From the human T2T-CHM13v2.0 reference genome, Homo sapiens: 64,000 nt of DNA. The position numbers and the translations under genes are program-made. The stretch is from the NCBI RefSeq assembly GCF_009914755.1, contig NC_060928.1; one strand, given 5' to 3'. Of this stretch, positions 13,694-29,450 are shown piece after piece. Positions within the stretch are counted from its first letter, which is position 1. Every line of letters begins with the position of its first letter. The notes under the pieces are model-generated. The model saw only the letters and a program-made list of their open reading frames with translations, was not told where the DNA came from and made no database searches.

Positions 13694-14059
13694 TGTCTTT
13701 GTCAGTTAATGGTGCTATAAAAAATTACCATAGACTAGGTGGCTTAAACAATAAACATTTATTTCTCACAGTTCTGGAAACTAAAAGTCCATGATCAAGG
13801 CATCAGCAGATCAACGTCTGGTAAGAGTCAGCTTCCTGATGAGCAGATGCCTCCCTGACTTAATCTCACTTGTTGGAGAGCAAGAAAAGAGGATGTTTTC
13901 CTGTCACTTCCTATAAGGGTGCTAATCACAGTCATGTGAGCTCCACTCTTATGACCTAATTATCTCCCAAAGGCTCCATCTCCTAATATCATCATATTGA
14001 AGGTTAGAATTTATTTCAATATATGAATTTGGGATGATATAAACATTCACTTCATAATA
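13694..14059 (-). mobile_element. MLT1A/MSTD-type MaLR solo LTR
   Basis: taccatagactaggtggcttaaacaataaacatttatttctcacagttctgga ... atgacctaattatctcccaaaggctccatctcctaata. Confidence 0.85.
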
Positions 14060-14987
14060 GATATAGACTGACAACTGAGGCCAGCTTGAGGAAAGTTAAT
14101 TGTGCTTGACCTAAGAGGGACTAAGATCCCTTTCCTTTGTAGGATTATGGCAGTTTGTACTAGGTCCTACTCCAAGAAAATATTATGAAGTTGACCATCA
14201 GTGTTTGTTCTGTGGAGGACTGGAGTTCAACAAAGCCACTGTGTAACACCAAAGAGTAAAGGCAAAAAAGAGAAGTTTAGTGGTATTTATTCTTAGATGA
14301 ACTCTTAATAGTTTAAGTGTGAAAGTCATTCAGACCACCATTATGGATTGCATAAGCTTCTATAGTTTTAGGAAATCTGAAGAGCATACCAAGAGTTAGA
14401 TACTGGGATACATCCCAGTTTGAAATGTCAAACATTTATTTTATTTTACTTGAAAACTAAAATAGATATGTGGAACTTGTGCTCAAAATTTTAGTATCCA
14501 GTCATATTTTATGTAGTATGGTATATATTGAATACTTACTAAAGTCCATTAATCCTTATGTGTGATCTATAAGAAGAGAAGCATTTCCTTTTTGGAAAAT
14601 TTTTAGTTGTGGATCTCATGAGATAAACAATAATTGTAGTATGGGAGTGGATTCTAGGATTTTTTTTAATCTTATGAATTCCAAGTTTGGAACTAGAGTA
14701 AGGTGAGTGAGATAGCTGCATCAGGTTGGAAAAATCAACGAGGTACAAAACAACTACATAATCAATATAAACATATTTACTGCAATGTTTTAATGTCAAA
14801 TGTAAAATACAAAATAGAACATCTTAAAATAAAGACAGGATTTGATCCTATAATTGTACAAATCTTCCTCACTTACCTCACTCTAATCCTGGTGTTTGTT
14901 CCAATAAAAATTTATTTACAACAAGTTAATCCATGTGCCGTGATTTGCCGAGGATTTTTTTAAAATAGTGCATGAAAATATTATATC

Positions 14988-15031
<44 letters not shown>
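14988..15031 (+). repeat. (GATA)11 perfect tetranucleotide STR
   Basis: Counted directly: 44 bp. Confidence 0.97.
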
Positions 15032-15032
<1 letters not shown>

Positions 15033-15744
15033 ACTGTGTTTCAGTGCCCTGTTAAATGTTGCCTCAAAAGAAAATGCCTTACTGGCCTCAGCCTATTCCC
15101 TACCTACTCTGGAAAACATCAGATTTGGAAAAGAAAAGAAAACAAAAAGAAATAGGGAAACAAGAGAAAGCCAAATAAGTAAAATCAAAAAGCAGGGAAA
15201 AAAGAGAAAGAAGATAAAATGTGGTAAGAATTTAAACATGAACTATTTTTTAATCTAGTAAAATAATGTAAAATAAAATTCTCCAAGGATATGAATGTTT
15301 TAAAAGGTAAGAGTAAGTCAAATATATCCTCAACTGAAACTAATGTAATAGGGCATTCTCTTGCATTCCTAGCAGATACCTCTGAGTTCAGGTACTTTTC
15401 CGTTGTGAATTCTGAGCACTGAAGATTCTTGAATGCCTGGAAGTTGGGGTTGGGGAGTAAAAGAGAAGTAAACCAACTCCTGCTTTATTTTTTCCTAAAG
15501 CGCTTCATGAAAAGTAGCTTTTTCTTCTTCAGAAATAGTAATAACTTGACAATTCAGAGTCTCGTGTATCCATCTCCCTCAAACATTCAAAATTTAAAAT
15601 TCCAAACTGGGTAAAATCCTAGAGAAGGATAATATCTGCACTTTCTCTTAGCACTGCTAAATAGAAAAAACAGGTTGAGATTTTTGAAGTGGAATTGAGG
15701 ATAACCGCTACTCTTAAGTCATGTGTTCAGTGTTATCTTGTAGC

Positions 15745-15985
15745 AGGTCAAGACAAAGGGTTCTGTAACAAGACTACCATCACTTAAATCTCTGCTTTTC
15801 CACTTATTAATCTGTGATCCTGAACATGTCACTTAAACTCTCTTTTCTTCAGTTTACTCTTCTATAAAGTGGGGATAATGATAGTTCTTACTTTATAAAG
15901 TTATAATTAATGTTAAATGAATTAAAGCACGTGGAGCTTTTGCCTGGTGCATAATTTTATAAATAACATACTTACAATAAGTTAT
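15745..15985 (+). mobile_element. MIR
   Basis: Core ccacttattaatctgtgatcctgaacatgtcacttaaactctc...cagtttactcttctataaagtggggataatgatag. Confidence 0.8.
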
Positions 15986-16637
15986 TATATTCCTATCAAA
16001 AGTACCATTAAAATAGGAGATTAAGAAATCAGAATTGCAAAAAAATACATACCATTTTATACAGTGAGAATATTTTTGCAAACCACCAGTGAAATAGGAA
16101 TAGTTGATAGGAAAGCCCTGAACAACTTCAGCTAGAGATCTTTAATAAAGATTATTTCTTTGTAACAAGGATTCCATTTTTTAGCTTGTAAACAATTTGG
16201 GTTTACTCTTTTTGTCCAAAGAAATGAAGCATAAAACATGAAACCATTAACATGAAAGCAGTGTTGGAAGAAGACAGGAACGTGGAAGAATAAGACATAA
16301 AGAGAGAGAGAGAGAATGAGGGAACTAAAGGTAAGCATTATGCAAAGCATTTTTTTCCATTCAACTGACAGTAAGAAAATATTCCACATTGCAACTAAAA
16401 ATATGAATGCACAAAAATCAACAAAAACTTTATGAAACAATACCTTTATGAGATGGTCTCCTCTCCTCTCCTCCTCTTCCCTTCCATTGTCTTCTATGTT
16501 ATTCTAACAGATTTTTTATCTAAAGTGAATAAAAAAATGCATGAATAAATTTTGAGCAGTACTAATAGTACCAATGACATTATTTAAAGTGAGCAAACAT
16601 GACATGATAGATAACAAACATGATGATATAAGACATT

Positions 16638-16746
16638 GAAGGAAGAAAAGAAGAAAAATAGGAAGAAAGGAAGAAGGGAGAAAGGGGTGGGAAGAGAGGG
16701 TAAGAAGGAAGGAAGGAAGGAAGAAAGGAAGGAAGGAAGGAAAAAA
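16638..16746 (+). repeat. GA-rich / (GGAA)n low-complexity tract
   Basis: Read directly. Confidence 0.85.
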
Positions 16747-17116
16747 GTAACTAGAATTTGAGCAATATAAGAAGAGAATTCTGAATTAGACCAAAGCAGC
16801 AGTATTTCCTAGATCCAAACACAATATAATGTCTTCAATTCCATAGATAGATGAAATTTAAAACTAGTAACAAATTTGACCTTTACCTAAGTTATAGTGT
16901 TATTTGTAATTATTTTTAAAATTATGTGTAGAGATGATTTCATTACTTATCAAATAGTTAATTCATGTCATAAAACCATGTGTGAAAAATTAGTATCTTT
17001 ACCCATGACCCCTTGAAAAATCCTTGAATATAAAGGACAAGGAATTGTCAAAGAACTATAGCAGAGAAGATTCTAGTGCCTTGTGTTGAAACACAAAGAG
17101 GTGACATTCCTTACAC

Positions 17117-17280
17117 CAGTAGTTCTCAGACTTTACTAAGCACACAAATCATCTGCAGGGCTTGTTCAAACACAGATTACAAGGCCCCATACCTAGAAAT
17201 TCTGATTTAGTAGGTTTGGGATGGCGTTTGACTGCTTCACGTTTCTAACAAGTTTCCAGTGAATCTAATGAGAACCACTG
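17117..17280. mobile_element. MER5A (hAT-Charlie MITE)
   Basis: TIRs cagtagttctca / tgagaaccactg; internal tctgatttagtaggtttggg; degenerate 8-bp TSD ccttacac/tttcacac. Confidence 0.85.
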
Positions 17281-17358
17281 TTTCACACAATGATTTATTC
17301 ACCCCAGGCTTCAACATAAATGCTCACATTTTCTTTTCACATTATTCCTGAGAGATAG

Positions 17359-19962
<2,604 letters not shown>

Positions 19963-22900
19963 GTTAGCACTATTATTATTTACAGATTAAACCAGAGAGA
20001 CATAGGGCTGTGACTTAAACAAACAACACAGCTAATGAATGAAAAAATCTTAATTAAAATCCTGATTTTCTGAAACCAAACTTTATGGTCTTTCTACTAG
20101 TTTAAACTGCATAAAAGGCAAAGTGATTATCAGTTTAGGACATTGAAAAGGATACAAAGAAAATCCCATGTGGTGAATTAGCTAAGGAATCAAAAGCAAA
20201 TTAATTATCGCCTGATAAACATCAGCAAGAGAACAATTGAACAGAATTGAATATGTAATGATCACTTTTGCACTGTTTTTCAACTTCTTTCAGCAAAAAT
20301 GTAGTATCAACATGGGCTATTGTTGTTTCCAAAAGATCCATGCCTTTCTTTTTGATCAGAAAGAAAATCTCAAGTTACTAGCAGAAATTTTCTATCTACC
20401 TATCATACTTATCTATCAATCTATCACTAATCACTAAATAAAAATGAACTATCTTTTTTTGGTATTTGAATCAGAAATTATTACTATCATAGTTATACAA
20501 AAATATTATTTTAATATTGATATATTGAAACACAGTCATAATATAGATTTAAATATAAAGGTGGCATTCTAGATGGCAAATTTTAATATCTATTTCTCAA
20601 TATAATTGAAAAATAATGAATTCATTTGTGTTGGCATGCATGGTTTCATAAAATACTATAAAATTTGTTCTGGTTTTGACTTACAGTCAAATTCAGATTC
20701 AGAGTCTTCATCAATCTGCCAAAACAATTTGTAAAGACTGGAATTATACATATTTCTGATTATGTTACTATATTGAGTTTGCTTTTAATCAATTTAAATG
20801 AAGAATTTATGGCCTATGGTATTTTCTGACTTGTCCTGCCATTTAATGAGTAGATATAGCCAATCTCCTATGAAAACCTGAAAAATCAAAACAGCAGGCA
20901 TCTGTTCTTGTGGAATAGACTAAAATTTCAGTATAACAGCATTTTGAACACAATTCAGCATTAGGCAAATGGACTTTGGACCCTCTCCAAGGGATTTGAT
21001 TACCACAAACACCAGAAGTTCCCTTCATTGCACTGTACTGCCCATCAGGATTCTGAGAACAGCATTATATTAAAGCTCTCTTGTTCTTATAAGTGAATAA
21101 TTTTATAGCAGCTACAGAAATATATTTTGCAGTTCCATTCCAGTGGGGAAGGAGGGAGAGTTGACTCTGGTAGTTATAGCTATAAACTGAAAGATGTAAG
21201 AATATATTTTCTCAAACTATGGGATAGTTCCTCAGATCAATGTTCTTAACTATATCCGAAAAGAAAATTGAGACCTAGGTTTTCAAGTTAACAACCATTG
21301 CTTTATATTTCCTTTTTGGTGGCTCAACTTGGAAGCCAAATAGTTTTAAAAACCTATAGTCAGGCTATTACAAAGTCTGAATCAGTCTAAAGTAATTAAT
21401 TCATAAAATCTTGCTATTGCTTATAAATACTGCTTATTGAAAGAAATTGTGCATGCTATAAAAAGAGAACAAGTAAATATTAATTTGGAAATGTTAAAGA
21501 AAGTAGTCAGAAGACATTTTGGTACTCACCCACACATCTTTAAACATAGCTATAGTTATATGAATTATCTCTTAGTTTGTATATACAGGCTCAGTTTGAG
21601 GAAAAATGAAAATATGTGGACCAGTTCTAGCAATGTTGAGTGTCAAATTTTTTTGTACAAATGACAATTTTTCACGTAGATTCAGAAACAAAATATTCTG
21701 TTTATATTTAAAGAATTTGCCCAAATGCATTTAAATGTCTTTCTTATAGCAAAAGCTAATAAACCAACAAAAAATTGACCTCATTGTCCCCAAACTATCA
21801 CCACTGAAATGCTTCTTAAAGCGCTAAGGTTTTCAGAAGTACAATAGGACAAATAAGCTTGGTTGTTTATCTCTCTCAAAATACATTTACAGTAAAAAAA
21901 TTATTAGTTAAATTAGTTTATGATTCTACTGCACTGTATAATTCAAAAAAAATCGCCAAATTTTTCATCTGCTTTCATGTCCTTTCCTATAAACTCTTGT
22001 ATTTTCTATATTTCTGTACCATAATTTTTGTGGGATGTTGAGAGAAAAAGTGGTTAATGTCTGTGCATAAGCCACCTGTTTTTTAATCCCTATTTTGTTA
22101 TTTTAAAATATTTAACTGACCACCTCTTAGATGGGCAAAACTCCTTTGCTTCTTAGAAAATTTTTTCTTTCATGTTCATGCCTGTTTTCTCAATTTCATC
22201 CCGCATTAATACTATTTCTGAATCAGAGCAAAAAAAAAATACAGAAATAAATGTTCTTTGCGTTTTTATTTTTCCCTAATCAACGCTTATTACAAATTTT
22301 ATAAAGGAGTAACTGGTATACAGATTTTCTCCCAATGTAAACAACTAGAAATCTGGACTAAAGGTCTGAAACAATGTTTTCACTCATTGGAATGATATGA
22401 ATTACAGCATTATGCTTCCTGAGAGACAGATCCACACTGAATTGCTCTGTCTTTTTGTCTGAAGGTAAGTTCTGGATTACAGAGCGAGAAGAGAAGCAAA
22501 GCAAGCAATACAGTCTTGTCTTGAAGAGACAGACTGTAGTTTGGGAAGACTGGGAATGCTGCAATTTGCGGGGTAAAGCAACAGTAAGGAGGGAACTCAA
22601 AAATACATATAGTGGTTCCCGTTTTTCTTGACTGAATATTAATCTGCATGTGCACAGGGTGAAACTCCACAAAGTCAAGCAATATCGACTGCAAACAAAT
22701 TGTAAGAATATTAATTCCCAGGCCACACACAAGGATGGAAGACAGTCAGTGTCCAGAGAGAGTAAAAAAATCTTGTTGAATACTTGAGATAATTAATAGA
22801 AGCCTCAGACGTTTCACAACTGGCTAACAGAGCTATATTGGCCCTTGAGTAAATTCCACTTCAGATCCAAAAAATAAAAATAAACAATAAAAAAACCACA

Positions 22901-23179
22901 AAAGCCTCCTTTTAAAACTTATCTACCTCCCAAAGCAAACTTCAATAGTCTTTAAAAGAAGTCAACAAAATCTAAACACTTGACAAAAAATAATGTACAA
23001 TATCTGGGATCTAGTAAAATAATCACTAGCTAGGTAAAAAAACAGACCTGTGAGCCACATGAGAAAAATCATTAAAAATAAAGTAAAATAAGGAAATTAA
23101 AAAAAGGATAGATTTACCATACAAGAACTTAAATAGAACTATTAGAAATGTTTAAATATTTGTTTCATATAACAAGTGT

Positions 23180-23704
23180 ACACACACATAAGTATATATA
23201 AGTTTACTTATATACTTATTTATTTTAGGGATTGACGTATGCAATAGTGGGAGCTGTCTAAGCAGTCTCTGTCTGACTGTTGTCTTCAGGTCTGATGCTG
23301 TATGTAGTCCACAGAGCAGGAAGTCAAGAAATGAATGAGATGGACTAAAACTGTCATCAATTCTTAGTGACTCTGACCTTAAGTGGTAAATGTCCTGAAA
23401 AAGCTGGGACCCTTTACCACAGATCTAACCATACACAATTCTGGCCCAGGAGTCAAAGAAGCTTTAGGAGAATGACAGAGAAGTTGGGGCAGTTGCAAAC
23501 CTGACCACTTCTCTCCACAAAGGAGGTGAGGCAGTGGATAAGCAATGATGCGTACGAGCTGCAAAAAGACTGCCACTTCACTTCTACCTTTCAATTCCCC
23601 ACAGGAAACTTTCTTGTTGCCTATTCTAACTGGAAAATGCAGGAAAGGAATTCTGAGAAATGTAGTTTAGCTCAGCGGCACAGGCACATCACTAAGCCAC
23701 TGCA
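23180..23704 (-). mobile_element. MLT2-family (MLT2F-like) ERVL LTR
   Basis: gggattgacgtatgcaatagtgggagctg and terminal ggaattctgagaaatgtagtttagc...aagccactgca. Confidence 0.6.
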
Positions 23705-23892
23705 ATATTCGAACTATTATAGAAGAACATAATGCAAAAGATACATAAAAATATTTAAATAAGAACCAAATGGAACTTCTAGAGATAAAATTTATAATAT
23801 CAAAATTAAAATATCCACTGGGTAACTTTAGCAGCTATATCACAGTAGGTCAAATCACCAATAAATTCAAATAAAAAGCAATAGAGAATACC

Positions 23893-24267
23893 TATATTAG
23901 CCAGCTCAGGCTGCCATAACAAAACAGCACAGGCTGGGTGGCTTGAATAAGAGAAATGTATTTCCCCACAGTTTTAGAGGTTGGAAGTTCAAGATTAGAG
24001 AGCCAGCCTGGCCAGTTTCTGGTGAGGACCCTCTCCCTGGCTTGCAGCAGCTGTCTGCTCATTGTGTCCTCCTATGGCCTTTCTTTTCTGCATGCATGTG
24101 TGGAGAGATGGAGCTCTCTGGTGTCTTTTCCCAGAAAGACACTGACATTATTGTATCCAGCCCCCACCCTCATGACCTCCTTTTCAACCCTATCTCCAAA
24201 TACAGTCACATTGGAAGTTAGGGCTTGAACAAGTGAATTTTGAGGAGATAAAATTCAGTCCCTAGCA
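23893..24267 (-). mobile_element. MLT1A0 solo LTR inserted in L1 ORF1
   Basis: ctcaggctgccataacaaaa...ctatctccaaatacagtcacattgga...ttcagtccctagca; TSD atacc/atatc; the flanking L1 rejoins seamlessly. Confidence 0.9.
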
Positions 24268-26607
24268 ATATCTAAACTGAAGCACAAAGATATATTTTTT
24301 TAAATAGACAAATAAATTAATCCAAGCCTCAGTGGCCTGTAGCAAGTATTCTAATTTATATGTAATTTGTATTCCAGAAGAAGAGGAGAGCAAAGTAGAA
24401 AGTCAAAAAAGTATTTGAAAAACGGTGCCCAAACTATACCAAATTTAGTGAACGCTATATCCCCTGTGTTGAGAATCTCAGAAAGTCTCTAGCAGAATAA
24501 ACATAGAGTTACACTAAGAAAAATCTAAATCAAACTGTTGATATACAATGCTAAAAAAGAAAAATGTTAAAGCAGCCACACTAAACATTTGAGAACAAAA
24601 ATAAGAATGGTTATAGACATTTCATTAGAAATGAAGAAAACAAGGAGTGAAACAAACTAATTAAGTTGCTGACAAAAATTACCAAACCTTAATTTATATA
24701 TAGGAAAATATCTTTCCAAACTAAAAGTGAAATATTTCTCAAGCGAACAAGACCTAAGGGAATTCAGAGCCAGCAGACATACACTAGAAGGAATATTAAG
24801 GAAAGTTCTTCCCTGGCTGAAGAAAACATACCAGGTGGAAACACAGAACTACAGTAGACCATGAAGAATGCTATTTCTGAGTGTGCGGTAAATAAATATT
24901 AAAGACTTTTTCCCCATCTTTTAGTTCATTAAAAGATGACTATTAAAACCAAAACATAGTAACTGTATTGTAGGCCTCTCAAGACATCTATTAAATGTAT
25001 GGTAAAAATAACACAAAGAACAAGGGCAGAAATGGAAGTTGTAAAATTCATGTTATACGTATTAAACATATATGTTATACATATTATTGTATTATACATC
25101 AAGCAGTGAACTATAAATATTGGACAAATATGATAAGATAAAGCATTTTAAAATTATATAACAGTGACCCTAAAAATAAAACAAAAGAATATGGCTAAGT
25201 CAATACTAGATACATAATTGAGGAGAAAAATAATTACTTTGAAAGAAAAAAAGGACAGAGAAAAAGGAAGACAAATAGAATGCAAATACAATTGTATGCA
25301 TAGCCCAAATATATTGAAAATTATACAAAATATAAGTGATATGCACATTCCAGTTGTAGGTCTATATAAGAAAGTAAGAGCCAATTATATGCTGTCTATA
25401 TGAAAATTATTTTAAATATTGAGGTATAGTCATGTTAAAAGAAAGGATGGGTATAGTCAATATACCATGCAAAGTCTAATAATCAAGAATGTAAGTGGGA
25501 ATACCAATATTAGGTAATGAGAAACTTAAAAATAATAACATGGATAAAGAAGGACATGTAATTATAAGAAAGTTAATTTATCAAGAGACATAAACACATC
25601 CTAAATGAGTATGCACTAACAACAATACTTTTAAAAGTAAAAAAATTGTTAGAATCAGAAAGAAAAGAGGACACATTTTAGAATTACAGTTGGAAATTTT
25701 GTCTGTCTTTTCTCAATTATTGATAGACTATGTAGATCCAAAATCAATAAATACATAGAAAATTTGAGTGATAACACCAATTATGTTGACTTAATTTGTA
25801 TTATACGCTATGCTGCAACAGTAGTCTATGCATAATTTTTAAGTTTGTAAAATATTTTAAAATATATGCCATATGCTGGGTCATAAAACAAATAGCATAA
25901 AATAACAATTATCTGACTATAATGGGATTAAATTAGTAATCAAAAATAGACAGATAACTAGGTTACCCCTAAATATGTAAAATTAAAAAATACACTGGTT
26001 GATAACTTGAAGTCCAAGAAAAACATCAAAGGGAAATGTAAAAATATGAAATAATACATAATGAAACATCTTAAAAACTGTTCTGTGGCTAACCCAATAC
26101 TGAGTTGGAAGTTTACAGCTTTCAATGTTTATGGTAAAGAGAAGAAAGGTCTTAATTATTTGGTCTAATCTTCCATTTTAAGAATCTAGAAAAACAAGTA
26201 GTAATTAAGCCCAAAGTGAGTAAAAGTAAGGTAATAATAAAAAAAGAGCAGACATTGATGACAGAAAAGTGACAATAATGGGGAAAAATTTGATAAAACC
26301 AAAAGCAAATTCTTTGAACACATCAGCCAAATTGTTCATTATCTAGCTATTGCAATAAAAGAAAAAAGAGTAAGAACACAAATTACCAACACCATTAATT
26401 AAAATGCTGATTTTTCTAGATTTTAATTGTATTAGTAGCAGAAAACCTTCCAACAAAGAAAAATCTAGACCCAGAGGCATTACTGGTTATTCATTTCAAA
26501 TATTTAAACAATAAATAATATAATCCCATACAAAATATTTCAGAAAATTGAAAATAATCTCCAAAATTAATTTTTAAAAAGAGAATACAAGAAAAAATAT
26601 TTTATCT

Positions 26608-27143
26608 GTATATTTAGTTTCTATTGCTGTGTGGGAAATTATCACAAGCTTAGCAGCTTAAAAGAACACCAATTATTATATCAAAGTGTCTATGGGTCAG
26701 ATGTCTGTACACAACTTAGTTGAGTCCCCTGCTCAGTATCTCATAAAGCTTCAATCAAGGTTTCAGTTGTGTATTCTGGAGCTCAGGGTTCTCTTTCAAA
26801 TTCATGTTGTTATGGCAGATTTCAGTTTCTTACAGTCTGGGACTGAGGCTGTCAGATCCTACAGGTCACTCTTGCTTGCCTGACATGTGGCCCTGTCTGT
26901 CTGTCATAGCACCTTGCCTTTGCAAGGTCCATTGGAAAGCTTCTACCATTTATAAGTAAGAGGGACTAATACATTATAACCCAATCATGGTTGTGATATC
27001 CCATCATCTATGCCATATTCCATTAATTAGAGGCAAGCCACAAGTCCTGCCTATGCTCAAAAAAAAAAAAAAAAAAAAAAGATTGTATTGGTTATAACAT
27101 TAAGGTGTGGAGATCATCCTGGAAATCTTGGATTTCTGCCACA
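26608..27143 (-). mobile_element. MLT1F-type MaLR LTR with an internal A22 tract
   Basis: tagtttctattgctgt...cacaagcttagcagcttaaaa; ccatcatctatgccatattccattaattagaggcaagccaca. Confidence 0.8.
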
Positions 27144-29044
27144 TGAAATCTTATATAAAACATCTACTAAAATCCAAGAGTAAACAAAATACATAGTTGA
27201 AAGACTGAATTCTTTTCCTCTCTATTGGGGAAGGCAAGAATATTGGGAAAATATTAGGGAAAAGAAAGGATTAAAATGAAGTTGCTGGGGTAGAGAAGTG
27301 ATTCAAGAAAAATAAATAAAATATACAAACTAGAAATGATTGAGTAATATTTACATGCACAAATATCTTAATCATCTATTTTTAAAAATCCTTAAAATTA
27401 CAAAAATATCCTAGAAATAGCCAGTGAGTTTGGAAAGATTATTGGATACCAGATTGATATGCAAAAGCAATTGAATTTCTATATATTAGCAAAAAAAAAG
27501 AGTGCGTAAATAAAATTTAAAAGTAATACCATCATTAAACATGGAATAATTTGTAGTAATTTTAACAAAATAAGTATAACACCTGTAAAATTAACAGTAC
27601 CAAACATAGTTGAGAGAAATTAAAAACACCTAAATAAATGGAGAAATATATAAATATATCATGTCAATACATTGCATGAGACTATATTGTTCAGATGTCA
27701 ATTTTCCCAAAATTGATCTATAGACTGAATGCAGTCTTCATAAAAATTACTATTTTCTCCCTAGAAACTGAAATACTATTATTTACATATGAGAACTCTA
27801 ATTAACGCATCACTATGCTTATGATGTTTCTAGTCTTCTGAGATTCTAACCACATCTGTCATTTGTGTAGTAATTCATAAACGATTGAAAAAATTTTCAA
27901 AAATGTTCTCCAAATTTGCTGCGCCATTAAGTGTAGACCTTGTCGTGATACTGGTGGGACCATGTCTACTTTTGCTCAATGTTGCATCCATAGTATCTCG
28001 CTCCATAGCCAAAAATAGTTGTTAAAAATAAAGTGAATAATTATTTAATTACTTAATTAATTGCCTATATGTGATGTAGCTATCCATGCAACTAGAATAG
28101 GAATAAAGTATCAATATTCTTTCTATCTACACATGTCTATGTTTTTTAGTTTCAGTAAAATGTAAAAACAGCCTTTCATCTCATTAGAAGAGATGATGAT
28201 TATATAAATTTGATTTTCAATTTCTAAATAAACAAATGCTGACAACATATTCAAACATTGCCACTGATTTCATTTTAAAATTTCCTTTACCTGTGGACAT
28301 AAAAATTATGTATTCTCAATCCCAGAGAGAGTGATTTATAGTCAATTCTGTACACTGATCTTTGTTGATGATTTAAAAATTCATAATTCATATGTATGTA
28401 TCAGAATTTAGCAAGGTATATGCTTTTAGAATCCTCTGTGATCACATCTAGCAATGAAATGAGTGTCTTTTTTCCAATTGCCAAGAATTCAGCAGAAAAA
28501 CAGGATGAACATGGTTTATGAGGCCATTAATAAACATTTCAAGATATTTCCAAATGCTAGAGATAGCCCTGGGCCTTTTATAAGTTACCCCATAGAGCAT
28601 AGTTTGAAGCATCTTTAGGATATTGTAACATGGCCATTTAACTTAGTCATTTACCAACAAAAGGCAATAAAATTTAAACTTATTTCTGTGATAAAAATAA
28701 ATACGTATATAGATATGAAAATAAAGATGTAACTGCTTTTCTAAATCTTGTTTATTAGATACACTCATTGATTTCTAAAAATCTCCTAGTTTAAAATTAG
28801 GATAATGCAAATAGGTAGTGTTCCATGTATACAATTGGGCACATTTAAAAAATTAGTTTGAGTTTCCTTTGATAAATCCGAATCTTTATTTCACTGGCAG
28901 AGCTGTTCTCAATTGTTCTTTGCTGACACTAAACTTTTCTACCTTTATTTTGTATTAGAGAAATCCAGTTCAGACGGGTAGTTGCAAATATCCCAATAAC
29001 ATCAGTAAGTCATGTAAAGTTTTTGTTTTTTTTAAGCAAATCAC

Positions 29045-29190
29045 ACTATATTAATCCTCCACTTAAAACTTTTTGGTAGCTTTTCCTTGTCCTATGGATA
29101 AAATCCAAATTATTTAGGATAGCACATAAGGCTCAACATTTCTGAATCTTGTCTGTCCCTTATCCTTTCCTCTTCCTTACCCTCCAGCCA
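29045..29190 (+). mobile_element. L2 fragment
   Basis: cttaaaactttttggtagcttttccttgtcctatggataaaatccaaat...agcacataaggc. Confidence 0.55.
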
Positions 29191-29269
29191 CTTGGTGGCA
29201 GCAACAACAACTACATTAACGACTTCATGGTTGTCACAGGTCAACATCTCTCTTGTAATTGTTTGATAA

Positions 29270-29450
29270 AGTTCACAAAGCCCCTTTGCACACGTTGCCC
29301 TATTCTGATCTTGACAATAGCCTTATGAGGTCAGTACTGTTTTCCTTATTAAATCCACATCAGAGTTGAGATCTCAGGGTAGTAAGAGAGGCAAAATCAA
29401 ACATGACAAAGAAAAACTAACACCCAAGCACTCTGATTCTAAATCCAGCC
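29270..29450 (-). mobile_element. MIR fragment
   Basis: tgatcttgacaatagccttatgagg ... cccaagcactctgattctaaatcca. Confidence 0.55.

Larger units (their letters stand above)
22300..27790 (+). mobile_element. Ancient long L1M (L1MC/L1ME-type): 5' region, decayed ORF1 (~23710-24850) and ORF2 EN/RT (~25270-27790), split by three LTR insertions
   Basis: L1 ORF1 motifs (gaaccaaatggaacttctagagataaaa; ccagaagaagaggagag) and ORF2 motifs (ccaattatatgctgtcta; cattactggttattcatttcaaatatttaa; atgtcaattttcccaaaattgatctatagactgaatgca). Confidence 0.8.
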
